From: an uncultured Gemmatimonadales bacterium
Lineage (GTDB): Bacteria > Gemmatimonadota > Gemmatimonadetes > Longimicrobiales > Longimicrobiaceae
NCBI GenBank assembly: GCA_963716255.1
Contig: OY970303.1
Location: forward strand, 7,968,001-8,032,000
DNA length: 64,000 nucleotides
Reading direction: 5' to 3'
The notes beneath the pieces are model-generated. The model made no database searches and had not been told where the DNA came from. It worked only from the letters and a program-made list of their open reading frames with translations. A program made the translations under genes and the position numbers. Of this stretch, positions 24,275 through 33,506 are shown in pieces (within the stretch, counting starts at the first letter, position 1; every line of letters begins with the position of its first letter).

Positions 24275-27200
24275 ATGGCCGACGTGAAGCACGATGCAGA
24301 AACGCCCGGGTACGAGGACGCCGTCGCGGTCGTGGGGATGGCCGGGCGATTTCCCGGCGCCGCCACCGTGGAGGAGTTCTGGCGCAACCTCCGCGGCGGA
24401 GTGGAGTCCATCGACTTCTTCAGCGTGGAGGAGATGGAGGCCGCGGGAGCCCCCTCCGCCCTGGTCCGCGACCCCAGCTACGTCCGCGCGCACGGCACGC
24501 TGGACCGGGTGGAGTGGTTCGACGCCGCGTTCTTCGGCTTCTCGCCGCGCGAGGCGGAGATCATGGACCCGCAGGTGCGGCTCTTCCTGGAAACCGCCTG
24601 GGAGGCGCTGGAGCGGGCGGGCTACGACGCGGAGCGCGTGGAGGTCCCCGTCGGCGTCTTCGGCGGCGGCACCATGAACCACTACCTGATGCACGCCATC
24701 CAGTCCGACCCGTCGCTGATGGCGCGGGCCGGCGGGCTCCAGGGCGGCATCCTCAACCACAACTTCATCGCCACCTGGACCTCGTACAAGCTGGGGCTGC
24801 GCGGCCCCAGCCTGAACCTGCAGACGGCGTGCTCCACCTCGCTGGTCGCGGTCCACCTGGCCGTGCAGAGCCTGCTCGCCGGCGAGTGCGGGATGGCGCT
24901 CGCGGGCGGCGCCTCGGTGCAGATTCCCCAGAAGCGCGGCTACACCTGGGAGGAGGGCGGCATCCTGTCCCCCGACGGCCACTGCCGCGCCTTCGACGCG
25001 GAGGCGGGCGGCACGGTGGACGGGAGCGGGGTGGGCGTGGTGGTGCTGAAGCGGATGGAGGACGCGCTGCAGGACGGCGACGTGGTGCACGCGGTGATCC
25101 GCGCCTCGGCCGTGAACAACGACGGCTCGCTCAAGGCCGGCTTCACCGCGCCCTCCGTCGCCGGACAGGCGGCGGTGATCTCGGAGGCCCTGGCGCTGTC
25201 CCGGGTCGATCCCGACACCATCGGCTACGTGGAGTGCCACGGCACCGCCACGCCGCTGGGCGACCCCATCGAGGCCACGGCGCTGACGCAGGCCTTCCGC
25301 GCGCGCACGGCGAGGACGGGCTTCTGCGCCCTGGGCGGCGTCAAGACCAACATCGGGCACCTGGACGTGGCCGCGGGCGTGGCCGGCTTCATCAAGGCGG
25401 CGCAGGCGGTGAAGCACGGCGAGATCCCGCCCTCGCTCCACTTCCGCGCCCCCAACCCCGAGATCGACTTCGCGGCGTCGCCCTTCTTCGTCAACGCCGA
25501 GCTGCGCCCCTGGACGACGGCGGGGCACCCGCGGCGCGCGGGCGTCTCGTCCTTCGGCATCGGCGGCACCAACGCGCACGTGCTCCTGGAGGAGCCTCCC
25601 GCGCCCGCCCCGGCCGCCCCCGGCCGCCCGGTGCACGTGCTCGCCCTGTCCGCGCGCACGCCCGCCGCGCTGGAGCGTGCGACCGCCGAGCTCGCCGGCT
25701 GGCTGGACGCGCACCCGGACGCGCCGCTCGCCGACGTGGCCTTCACCCTCCAGGCCGGGCGCCGCGCCTTCCGCCACCGCCGCGTCGTGCTGGCGCAGGG
25801 CGCCGCGGACGCGCTCGCCGCGCTGCGCGAGCCCGGCACGCCGCGCGCCCTCACCCTCGCGGGGGAGCCCGGGGCGCGCCCGGTGGCGCTGGTCTTTCCC
25901 GCCGGCGGCGCCCCCGCCGCGGGCGCCTGCCGCGAGCCGTACGAGAGCGAGCCGGCCTTCCGCGAGGCCGTGGACGCCTGCGCCGGGCTCCTGCTGCCGC
26001 GCCTGGGGACGGACGTGCGCCCGCTCCTCCTCGCCGAGGACGGCGGAGCGTCCGCGGACGGCGGCGCCGCGGGCCAGTGCGCGCTGTTCGTGGCGCAGTA
26101 CGCCGCGGCACGGCTCTGGGCCGCCTGGGGAGTGCGCCCCGAGGCGGTGATGGGGGAGGGAACCGGCGAGGCGGTGGCCGCGTGCGTGGCGGGGATCCTG
26201 CCGCTGGAGGACGCCCTCGCCTTCGCGCTCGCCCGCGCCCGGCTGCTGGAGGCCCGCGCCGCGGGCGCCGCCCCCGACGCCGAGATGCGCGCCCTGGTGC
26301 AGCAGCTCCGCGCGCAGGCGGTGTCCGCGCCCACGATCCCCTGCCTTTCCGCCGCGACCGGCGCCCCGGTGACCGCCGAGGCCGCGCGCGACCCCAGGCA
26401 CTGGCTGGCGCTCCTGGCCGGGTCCGCCCGCGCCGACGACGCCCTGCGCGCCCTGGTCGCCGGCACGGAGCGCGTGGTGGTGGAGGCGGGCCCGCCGGGC
26501 GGCACGGCGGAGCGCCTGGCCGCCCTGGGCGAGCCGGAGCGCCCCGTCCTCCCCTCGCTCCCCGACACCGGCGCGCCCGGCGCCGCGGCGGAGACGCTGT
26601 CCGGCGCGCTCGCGTTCCTGTGGGCCGCCGGGGCGCGCGTGGACTGGGCCGCGTACCACCGCGGCTGGAATCGCCGCCGCGTGGAGCTGCCCACGTATCC
26701 CTTCGAGCGGCAGTTCTTCTGGCTGGGCGGAGGCCGGCGGGAGGCGGGCGCCGGGCCGCGGGCCGAGCAGCCCGCGGCGCAGGAGCGGGTTGCCGCCCCG
26801 CCGCCTCCCGCCGAGAAGGTGCACGACCGCCCCCACCTCCAGGTGGAGTACGTGGCCCCGCGCACCGCGCTGGAGGAGCGGATCGCCGCCGCCTGGCGCG
26901 AGCTCTTCGGGGTGCGCGAGGTGGGGGTGTACGACTCGTTCTACGAGCTGGGCGGCACCTCGCTGATGGCGCCGCGGCTGGTCTTCCGGCTGCGAGACCT
27001 GCTGGAGACCGACGTGCCGCTGGACGCGCTCTACGAGGCGCCCACCATCGCCGACCTGGCCGCGCTCCTGGGCGACGGCGAGCCGGCCGACGGCGCGGCG
27101 GCCGCCGCGGCCGAGCTCGACCTGTGGGACGAGGTGGCGCTCGACCCGGAGATCCGGCCGGGCTCGCCGGCGCGCGCCGGCGGGCCTGCCGACGCGCTCC

Positions 27201-28375
27201 TCACCGGCGCCACCGGCTTCCTGGGCGCGTACCTGCTGCACGAGCTCCTGGAGCGCACCGCGCTGCGGGTGCACTGCCTGGTGCGCGCCGACGACCCCGC
27301 CGCCGGGCTGGAGCGCATCCGCCGCAAGCTGGACTCGTACGGCCTGTGGAGCGACGCCTACCGCGCCCGCGTCGTCGTGGTGCCCGGCGACCTCGCGCAG
27401 CCGCGGCTGGGGCTGGACGACGCCGCCTTCGCCGCCCTCGCGGAAGCGGTCCACGTCGTCTACCACAACGGCGCGCAGGTCAACCACACCTTCCCCTACG
27501 CCGCGCTCCGCGCCGCCAACGTGGGCGGCACGCGGGAAGTGCTGCGGCTGGCGTGCACCGGCCCGCTCAAGCCCGTGCACTTCCTGTCCAGCGTCGCCGT
27601 GTACTCGCCGCCCGCGCCCGGCGAGCCCGTCCCCGAGGTGCTGTACGAGAGCGACCCGGTGAACGAGTGGCGCCGCCTGACCGGCTACGCCCAGAGCAAG
27701 TGGGTCGCCGAGCAGGTGGTGCGCCTGGCGATGGCGCGCGGCGTCCCCGCCGCCATCTACCGCCCCGGCATCGTCACCGGCGACTCGCGCAGCGGCATCT
27801 GCGCCACGCACGACTTCATCTGGCGCTTCACCCGCGCCGTCGTGGAGATGGGGGAGGTCGCCCTGGCCGACGGCGGCACCGACGTGGCGCCCATCGACTA
27901 CGTCAGCGCCGCCATCGTCGAGCTGTCGCTGCGCCCCGACACGCCGGGGAAGACCTTCAACCTCACCCACCCCGAGATCGTCCGCTGGAGCGACCTCTGG
28001 GCGTCCGCCCGCCGCTTCGGCTACCGGCTGGACCCGGTACCGCTGCGCCGCTGGACCACCCGCATGCTCGCCGAGGCCGGCGCCGACGAGGAGCACCCCC
28101 TGCGCCCCTTCATCTCCCGCTTCCCCCCGCCGCCTCCCGGCGACCCCGCGGCGGACGAGGAGGTGGAGCTGGAGATGCCCGCTCCGCGCTTCGACTGCGC
28201 CGCGGTTCTGGCCGGGCTGGAGGGAACCGGCGTCGCCTGCCCCCCGGCGGACGACCGCCTGCTCCACCGCTACTTCCGGTACTTCGTGGACGTCGGCTTC
28301 CTCCCGGCTCCCGCCGCCGCGGGGTGGGCGGCGGGGGAAGCCGGCGCGCTCCCCGGCGCCGCCGCGGCCCGGTGA
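24275..28375 (+). CDS. PKS KS-(degenerate AT)-ACP-thioester reductase (R) termination module
   Basis: KS TACSTSL / ECHGT / NIGHLD; AT remnant with GEGTG instead of GHSxG; ACP LGGTSL; R domain LLTGATGFLG and GYAQSKW. Confidence 0.93.
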   Translation: MADVKHDAETPGYEDAVAVVGMAGRFPGAATVEEFWRNLRGGVESIDFFSVEEMEAAGAPSALVRDPSYVRAHGTLDRVEWFDAAFFGFSPREAEIMDPQVRLFLETAWEALERAGYDAERVEVPVGVFGGGTMNHYLMHAIQSDPSLMARAGGLQGGILNHNFIATWTSYKLGLRGPSLNLQTACSTSLVAVHLAVQSLLAGECGMALAGGASVQIPQKRGYTWEEGGILSPDGHCRAFDAEAGGTVDGSGVGVVVLKRMEDALQDGDVVHAVIRASAVNNDGSLKAGFTAPSVAGQAAVISEALALSRVDPDTIGYVECHGTATPLGDPIEATALTQAFRARTARTGFCALGGVKTNIGHLDVAAGVAGFIKAAQAVKHGEIPPSLHFRAPNPEIDFAASPFFVNAELRPWTTAGHPRRAGVSSFGIGGTNAHVLLEEPPAPAPAAPGRPVHVLALSARTPAALERATAELAGWLDAHPDAPLADVAFTLQAGRRAFRHRRVVLAQGAADALAALREPGTPRALTLAGEPGARPVALVFPAGGAPAAGACREPYESEPAFREAVDACAGLLLPRLGTDVRPLLLAEDGGASADGGAAGQCALFVAQYAAARLWAAWGVRPEAVMGEGTGEAVAACVAGILPLEDALAFALARARLLEARAAGAAPDAEMRALVQQLRAQAVSAPTIPCLSAATGAPVTAEAARDPRHWLALLAGSARADDALRALVAGTERVVVEAGPPGGTAERLAALGEPERPVLPSLPDTGAPGAAAETLSGALAFLWAAGARVDWAAYHRGWNRRRVELPTYPFERQFFWLGGGRREAGAGPRAEQPAAQERVAAPPPPAEKVHDRPHLQVEYVAPRTALEERIAAAWRELFGVREVGVYDSFYELGGTSLMAPRLVFRLRDLLETDVPLDALYEAPTIADLAALLGDGEPADGAAAAAAELDLWDEVALDPEIRPGSPARAGGPADALLTGATGFLGAYLLHELLERTALRVHCLVRADDPAAGLERIRRKLDSYGLWSDAYRARVVVVPGDLAQPRLGLDDAAFAALAEAVHVVYHNGAQVNHTFPYAALRAANVGGTREVLRLACTGPLKPVHFLSSVAVYSPPAPGEPVPEVLYESDPVNEWRRLTGYAQSKWVAEQVVRLAMARGVPAAIYRPGIVTGDSRSGICATHDFIWRFTRAVVEMGEVALADGGTDVAPIDYVSAAIVELSLRPDTPGKTFNLTHPEIVRWSDLWASARRFGYRLDPVPLRRWTTRMLAEAGADEEHPLRPFISRFPPPPPGDPAADEEVELEMPAPRFDCAAVLAGLEGTGVACPPADDRLLHRYFRYFVDVGFLPAPAAAGWAAGEAGALPGAAAAR

Positions 28376-28397
28376 GCCCGTCCCCGAGGAGGGCGCC

Positions 28398-29780
28398 GTG
28401 AGCCGCGCGCCCGCGGGCGAGCCGAGCCCGCAGCAGAACTTCCGCACCTTCCTGCTGATCTGGCTGGGCGGCACCGTCTCCGCCCTGGGGAGCGCGCTCA
28501 CCGGGTTCGTGATCGGGGTGTGGGCCTTCCAGCAGACCGGCTCCGCCACGCTGTACTCGCTGATCGCCGTGGCGGGGATCGTCCCGGCGATCCTGGTGGC
28601 CCCCTTCGCCGGGGCGCTGGCGGACCGCTGGGACCGGCGCAGGATGCTGGTGTGGGCCACGGTCGCCGCCATGGTCGTCACCGCCGCCACCGCCGCGCTC
28701 ATGGCCACCGGCCGGCTGCAGGTGTGGCACCTGTACGTCACCTCGCTCGTCGCCTCCGTGGTGGGCGCCAGCGTGCGGCCGGCGAGCATGGCCGTGTCCA
28801 CCTCGCTGATCCCCCCCGAGCAGTTCGGGCGCGCCTCCGGGCTCATGCAGTTCGGCGGCGCCGGCATCCGCGTCGTCGCCCCCGTGCTCGCCGGCATCCT
28901 GCTGGCCCGCATCCACGCCACCGGGGTGCTGCTCCTGGACCTGGCCAGCTTCGCCGTGGTGCTCGTGGTCTTCCTGTCCGTGCGCGTCCCGCAGCCGCAC
29001 CGCGCCGCGGCCGCCGCAGCGGGGCCGCGCCGCTCGCTCCTCGCCGATGCGGGCGAGGGGTGGCGCTACGTCCGCGAGCGCCCGGGGATCTTCGGCATGC
29101 TGCTGTACTTCTCGTGCATCGGCATCGCGCCCGTGATCAGCATGATCCTGCTCACCCCGCTGGTGCTGCGCACCGCGGACGAGGTGGTGCTGGGGACGGT
29201 GATGTCCCTCGCCGGGGCGGGGACGCTCGCCGGCGGCTTCCTCATGAGCACCTGGGGCGGTCCCCGGCGCCGCTTCCACGGCATCATCGCCGCCGGGACG
29301 ATCCTGGGCGTCAGCGTGATCGTGGCGGGGCTGCGCTCCGATCCCGCGGTCATCGCCGCCGGCGCGTTCGGCATCGCGCTCGGCGGGCCCCTCGCCACCG
29401 GCTGCTTCAACGCGCTCTGGCAGGTGAAGACGCCGCTCCACCTGCACGGCCGCGTCTTCGCCACCATCACCATGGTCGCCGAGTCGTCCATGCCGCTCGC
29501 CCTGCTCGCCGCCGGCCCCACCGCCGACTACCTCCTGGAGCCGCTCATGGCCCCGGGCGGCGCGCTTTCCGGCACGCTCGGGCCGATTCTGGGAGTGGGA
29601 CCGGGGCGGGGGATCGGGCTGCTGTACGTGGGCCTGGGCGTGTTCGTGCTGGCGGCCACGGCCGTCGCCTCGCGCATGCCGCGGCTGCGCTTTGCCGAGG
29701 ACGAGCTGGAGGACGCGGTCGGGCGTTCCGGGGCTTCGGGTCCTGTTTCCGTGGATGCCGAGCTGTCGCCGTCCACGTAA
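28398..29780 (+). CDS. MFS transporter, probable exporter for the cluster product
   Basis: Many hydrophobic helices; MFS motif A GALADRWDRRRML. Confidence 0.92.
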   Translation: MSRAPAGEPSPQQNFRTFLLIWLGGTVSALGSALTGFVIGVWAFQQTGSATLYSLIAVAGIVPAILVAPFAGALADRWDRRRMLVWATVAAMVVTAATAALMATGRLQVWHLYVTSLVASVVGASVRPASMAVSTSLIPPEQFGRASGLMQFGGAGIRVVAPVLAGILLARIHATGVLLLDLASFAVVLVVFLSVRVPQPHRAAAAAAGPRRSLLADAGEGWRYVRERPGIFGMLLYFSCIGIAPVISMILLTPLVLRTADEVVLGTVMSLAGAGTLAGGFLMSTWGGPRRRFHGIIAAGTILGVSVIVAGLRSDPAVIAAGAFGIALGGPLATGCFNALWQVKTPLHLHGRVFATITMVAESSMPLALLAAGPTADYLLEPLMAPGGALSGTLGPILGVGPGRGIGLLYVGLGVFVLAATAVASRMPRLRFAEDELEDAVGRSGASGPVSVDAELSPST

Positions 29781-29799
29781 CGACGAACGGCAAGGGACG

Positions 29800-29940
29800 G
29801 CGGGTTCGGGCGTGCCCCCGGCGGGCGCCGGGGTCGGGCTTCGGCTCCGTAGGGCTGCAAACAACCCAGCCCAACGGAGTCGAGCCCCGGCGGAAACTGC
29901 CCCGCCGGGTCTCGCCCCTTCGGGCCGAAATCCCTCACGC
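29800..29940 (-). repeat. Structured repeat A, copy 2
   Basis: Reverse complement aligns end to end with 24084-24224 and 59059-59194. Confidence 0.9.
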
Positions 29941-29964
29941 GGGGATCGCGCTGGCGTCCGCGGA

Positions 29965-30025
29965 GGCCCCCACCCGGCTCGCTCAGGCTCGCCACCCTCC
30001 CCCAATTCTGGGGGAGGGCTTTCTG
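29965..30025 (-). repeat. Palindromic repeat C, intergenic copy
   Basis: Reverse complement nearly identical to 4804-4864. Confidence 0.85.
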
Positions 30026-30226
30026 TCGGTCCGGGTCGTTGCCGTTCCTTGGATCTGCACCGGGAGGTCGGGGGAGGCTGCGCAGGAGGTGCGTTGTTCG
30101 AAGCCAGCGTGATCCCGCCCTCACTCGGAGGGTGGGCGAGTGCTCTCGCGAGTCCCTTCGGGGTTCGCACCGACGGAGCAGCCGCCCCCGGCCGACCACC
30201 AACACCGGAGCCCGCCGAAGCGCTCC

Positions 30227-30277
30227 GTCGTGCTCCCCCTCCCCCCTTGCGGGGGAGGGGGCCGGGGGGAGGGGGGT
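30227..30277 (-). repeat. Palindromic repeat B, intergenic copy
   Basis: Reverse complement reads identical to 4735-4785. Confidence 0.85.
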
Positions 30278-30323
30278 CCCCGGCGCACCGGCCCCGAAGC
30301 CCACACCCAACTGACCCATCAGG

Positions 30324-31676
30324 ATGACCGACACCGCAGGCGAAGCGCGCGAGGAGTGGGAGCTGCTGGCGCTCTCCGCGCCGACGGAAGCCGCGCTGGA
30401 CGAGGCCACCGCGCGCCTCGCCGCGGAGCTGGAAGCGAGCGCCGACCCGTCGCTGGCGGGCCCCGCGCGGGCGCTGCGCGCCGCGCCCGCGGGGCCCTTC
30501 CGCCGCGTGCTGGTGGCGCGCGGCCGCGACGACGCGGCCGCGGCGCTGCGCGCGCGCGACCCGCGGCGCGTCCTCACCGGCCGCCAGGTCCCGGAGAGGC
30601 GGCCGGTCGCGCTGCTGTTCCCCGGCGTAGGCGAGCAGTACGTGGGAATGGGCCGCGGCCTGTACCGCGCCGAGCCCGTGTTCCGCGAGGAGATCGACCG
30701 CTGCGCCGCGGCGCTCCGTCCGCTCCTGGGCGTGGACCTGCGCGAGGTGCTGTATCCGCCGGAGGCGGAGGCGCCCGCCGCCCCCGCGCCAGCCACCGGG
30801 GGATTCGACCTGCGGAAGATGCTGGGGCGCGACGCCGCCGCCGCCAGGCCCGACCCCGCCGCCGACCGGCTGGACCGCACCGAGCTGGCGCAGCCCATCG
30901 TCTTCGCGCTGGAGTACGCCCTCTTCCGCCTGGTGACCGCGTGGGGGCTGCGGCCGCGCGCGGTGATCGGCCATTCGCTGGGCGAGTACGTCGCCGCCAC
31001 CGTGGCCGGCGTGTGGCCGCTGGAGGACGCGCTCGCGCTCGTCGCCGAGCGCGCCCGGCTGATCTCCGAGCTCCCGCCCGGAGCCATGCTCGGGCTCCCC
31101 TTCTCCGAGGCGGAAGCGGGCCCGTACCTGGGGCCGGAGCTGTCCGTGGCCGCCGTGAACTCCCCCGCCACCTGCGTGGCCTCCGGCCCCGTGGAGGCCG
31201 TCGCGGCGCTGGAGGCGCGCCTGGCGGGCGAGGGGCACGCGGCGCGGCGGCTCCACGCCACGCACGCCTTCCACTCGCGGATGATGGAAGCCGTCGTCCC
31301 CCGCTTCCGCGAGAGGCTGGCCGCAATCCGCGCGTCGCCGCCGCGCATCCCGGTGGTCTCCAACGTCACCGGCACCTGGCTGCGCCCGGAGGAAGCCGTC
31401 GACCCGGAGTACTGGGTGCGCCACCTGTGCCGGCCCGTGCGCTTCGCCCAGGGAGTCCTGGAGCTGGCCGACGACCCGGACACCGTGCTGCTGGAAGTGG
31501 GCCCCGGCCAGACGCTCGGCGGCTTCGCCCGCCAGAGCGGCCTCACGCGGCAGGTGGTCCTCCCCTCCGTCCGCTTCCGCTACGACCGCCAGTCCGACGA
31601 AGCCTTCCTCCTGGGCACCCTCGGTCGCCTGTGGCTCACCGGCGCCCCCGTGGAGTGGAGCGCCCCGCCCCCCTGA
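30324..31676 (+). CDS. Stand-alone acyltransferase of cis-AT PKS type, malonyl-CoA motif
   Basis: LLFPGVGEQY, intact GHSLG, HAFHS; flanked by a KS-AT linker (LLALSAPTEAAL) and a post-AT linker (LGRLWLTGAPVEW). Confidence 0.92.
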   Translation: MTDTAGEAREEWELLALSAPTEAALDEATARLAAELEASADPSLAGPARALRAAPAGPFRRVLVARGRDDAAAALRARDPRRVLTGRQVPERRPVALLFPGVGEQYVGMGRGLYRAEPVFREEIDRCAAALRPLLGVDLREVLYPPEAEAPAAPAPATGGFDLRKMLGRDAAAARPDPAADRLDRTELAQPIVFALEYALFRLVTAWGLRPRAVIGHSLGEYVAATVAGVWPLEDALALVAERARLISELPPGAMLGLPFSEAEAGPYLGPELSVAAVNSPATCVASGPVEAVAALEARLAGEGHAARRLHATHAFHSRMMEAVVPRFRERLAAIRASPPRIPVVSNVTGTWLRPEEAVDPEYWVRHLCRPVRFAQGVLELADDPDTVLLEVGPGQTLGGFARQSGLTRQVVLPSVRFRYDRQSDEAFLLGTLGRLWLTGAPVEWSAPPP

Positions 31677-31730
31677 CGCGAAGCCTGCCGCGGACCCGCA
31701 CCCGCACCCTCACCCTCACCCCATCCTGCC

Positions 31731-32465
31731 ATGCTCCGCTCCCTCTGGTGTTCCGCCCTGCTCGCCGCGGTCCTGGCCGGTGCCGGGTGCGCCCCCGTCC
31801 TCGCCACTCCCCCGGGCGGCCCCGCCACGCCGGAGGCCCGCTACCGGGACGCGATCCGCGACGCGGCCGTCCTCCACGGCCTTGGGCTGCAGGAGCTTGT
31901 CGTGCCCCGCGCGGACAGCACCCTGCACGTTCGCGTGGTGTCGTTCACGAGCTGGCCCGGCTATGCCGATTCCGCGCGGCTCGGAAGGGACTCCTTCCAG
32001 CTTCAGCAGGACGTGTGGGTCACCCTCGTGCCCGAAGTGCGGGATTCCTGCGCCCGCTTCGCCCGCGGGGAGCTGGGGCTCGAGGTCGCCGCCCTGCTGG
32101 GACTTCCGCCGGGCGCGGCAGGGAGATACTTCGCCGAGTTCCAGGTGCCGCTCGCGGCGCTCTTCCGCCCCACCGCCGATCTCGACGTGACGAGGCCGCT
32201 CCCCTGCGCCGATGCGAGCACCGGCGTCGTCTGCGCGACGAAGTTCCCGGCGCAGACCCCCGCCGAGCACTACACCTTCATCGCGAGCACCGCGCTCTTC
32301 AACTGGAGAGAGGACGGCGGCTACCCGTGGACGCGGCTGGGGTACACGTACAACTGGCGGGCAGGCGCCCCACCGTACGGCGCGAGCGAGTACGTGGCCC
32401 GCTCCGGCACGCGCCTGCGCCAGCTCACGGTCCACAGCGCGGAGGAGTACTGTCAGATGAGCTGA
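31731..32465 (+). CDS. Hypothetical lipoprotein
   Basis: Signal peptide with lipobox-like LAGAGC; aromatic motif YPWTRLGYTYNW; function not recognised. Confidence 0.7.
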   Translation: MLRSLWCSALLAAVLAGAGCAPVLATPPGGPATPEARYRDAIRDAAVLHGLGLQELVVPRADSTLHVRVVSFTSWPGYADSARLGRDSFQLQQDVWVTLVPEVRDSCARFARGELGLEVAALLGLPPGAAGRYFAEFQVPLAALFRPTADLDVTRPLPCADASTGVVCATKFPAQTPAEHYTFIASTALFNWREDGGYPWTRLGYTYNWRAGAPPYGASEYVARSGTRLRQLTVHSAEEYCQMS

Positions 32466-32480
32466 TTGCGGATCCGGCAG

Positions 32481-32552
32481 GAACGGCAACGGCGGGTTTG
32501 GGCGTGCCCCCGGCTGGCGCCGGGGGCACGCCCGACCAGGCCGTTGCCGTTC
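32481..32552. terminator. Long hairpin between convergent genes, built from the 3' end of repeat A
   Basis: gaacggcaacggc...gggcgtgcccccggc tggc gccgggggcacgccc...gccgttgccgttc. Confidence 0.65.
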
Positions 32553-32565
32553 AAAGCCGCAGAAC

Positions 32566-33345
32566 TCAGCGGAAGAACACCGGATCCACCCGGCGCTTCC
32601 CCCGCGCCACCTGCTCCATGAACCAGGACGTGTAGACCCGCACCTGCCGCCCGTTCTGGTACACCTCCACCCGCTCCACCTCGTCCGGCTGGATCGCGGA
32701 CAGGTGCTCCAGCGAGTAGATGGGCATCTCGTCCAGGTACACGGCCACCGGCTGCAGCCGGCCGCGCGAGTACACGCAGGAATCCGCGAACGACACCCGG
32801 CACGTGACCGCGGGCACCCCGGCCGGGCCGCGCACGAAAGCCTGCATGTTGGTCGCGGAGCTGCGCCGGATCTGCGTGCGGTCGTAGGCCCGCGAGGACA
32901 CCGCCACCCGGTTCCGCCGCTGCTCCAGCACGTTCAGGTTCACCGTGAGGCCTTCCAGCACCACCGGGTCCGGCTCCAGCGCGAGCGCCAGCGCCGGCTG
33001 TCCCGCCGCCACCGTCACCTCCCGCTCCAGCTCCGCGTACCCCAGCAGGCGCACCACCAGCGTCTGCGCGCCCGGCCGGATCTTGCGGAAGGTGAAGCGG
33101 CCCGCCTCGTCGGTAAGCGCCTCCTGCCGGGTGCCCGCCACCTCCACGTACGCGCCGGCCAGCGGCTGTCCCGTGGAGCGGTCGACCACCTGTCCGCTCA
33201 CGGGGACGGCGGCGGGCTCCGCCTCCTGCTGGGCGGCCGCCGGACCCGCGGCGGCCGCGGCGGCGAGCAGGGCGCCGAGGACCGGCGCAAGTCGTGTGCG
33301 GAAAAGCGAGTGCGCGGCGCTGTGCCGTCGGGGCGGCGTGTACAT
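32566..33345 (-). CDS. Secreted carboxypeptidase-regulatory-like domain protein with TonB plug-like C-terminus
   Basis: Signal peptide; VSGQVVDRSTGQPLAGAYV...TDEAGRF...LLGY; C-terminal VYLDE...IQPDEVERVEVY. Confidence 0.75.
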   Translation of the reverse strand: MYTPPRRHSAAHSLFRTRLAPVLGALLAAAAAAGPAAAQQEAEPAAVPVSGQVVDRSTGQPLAGAYVEVAGTRQEALTDEAGRFTFRKIRPGAQTLVVRLLGYAELEREVTVAAGQPALALALEPDPVVLEGLTVNLNVLEQRRNRVAVSSRAYDRTQIRRSSATNMQAFVRGPAGVPAVTCRVSFADSCVYSRGRLQPVAVYLDEMPIYSLEHLSAIQPDEVERVEVYQNGRQVRVYTSWFMEQVARGKRRVDPVFFR

Positions 33346-33506
33346 GACGGGCTCCCGGGAGCGGGTGGCGAGGAACCGGCCGGCAGGGGTCGGCGCGCAA
33401 TCCGCGTACCCGGCCGGCGCGGCGCGGGAAACGGGTTGCGGGGGCTCCGCGCGCGCGCATACCTTTGCCGGCCCGCAGCGAACCGCGACCCGTTCCGGCC
33501 AGGCCA

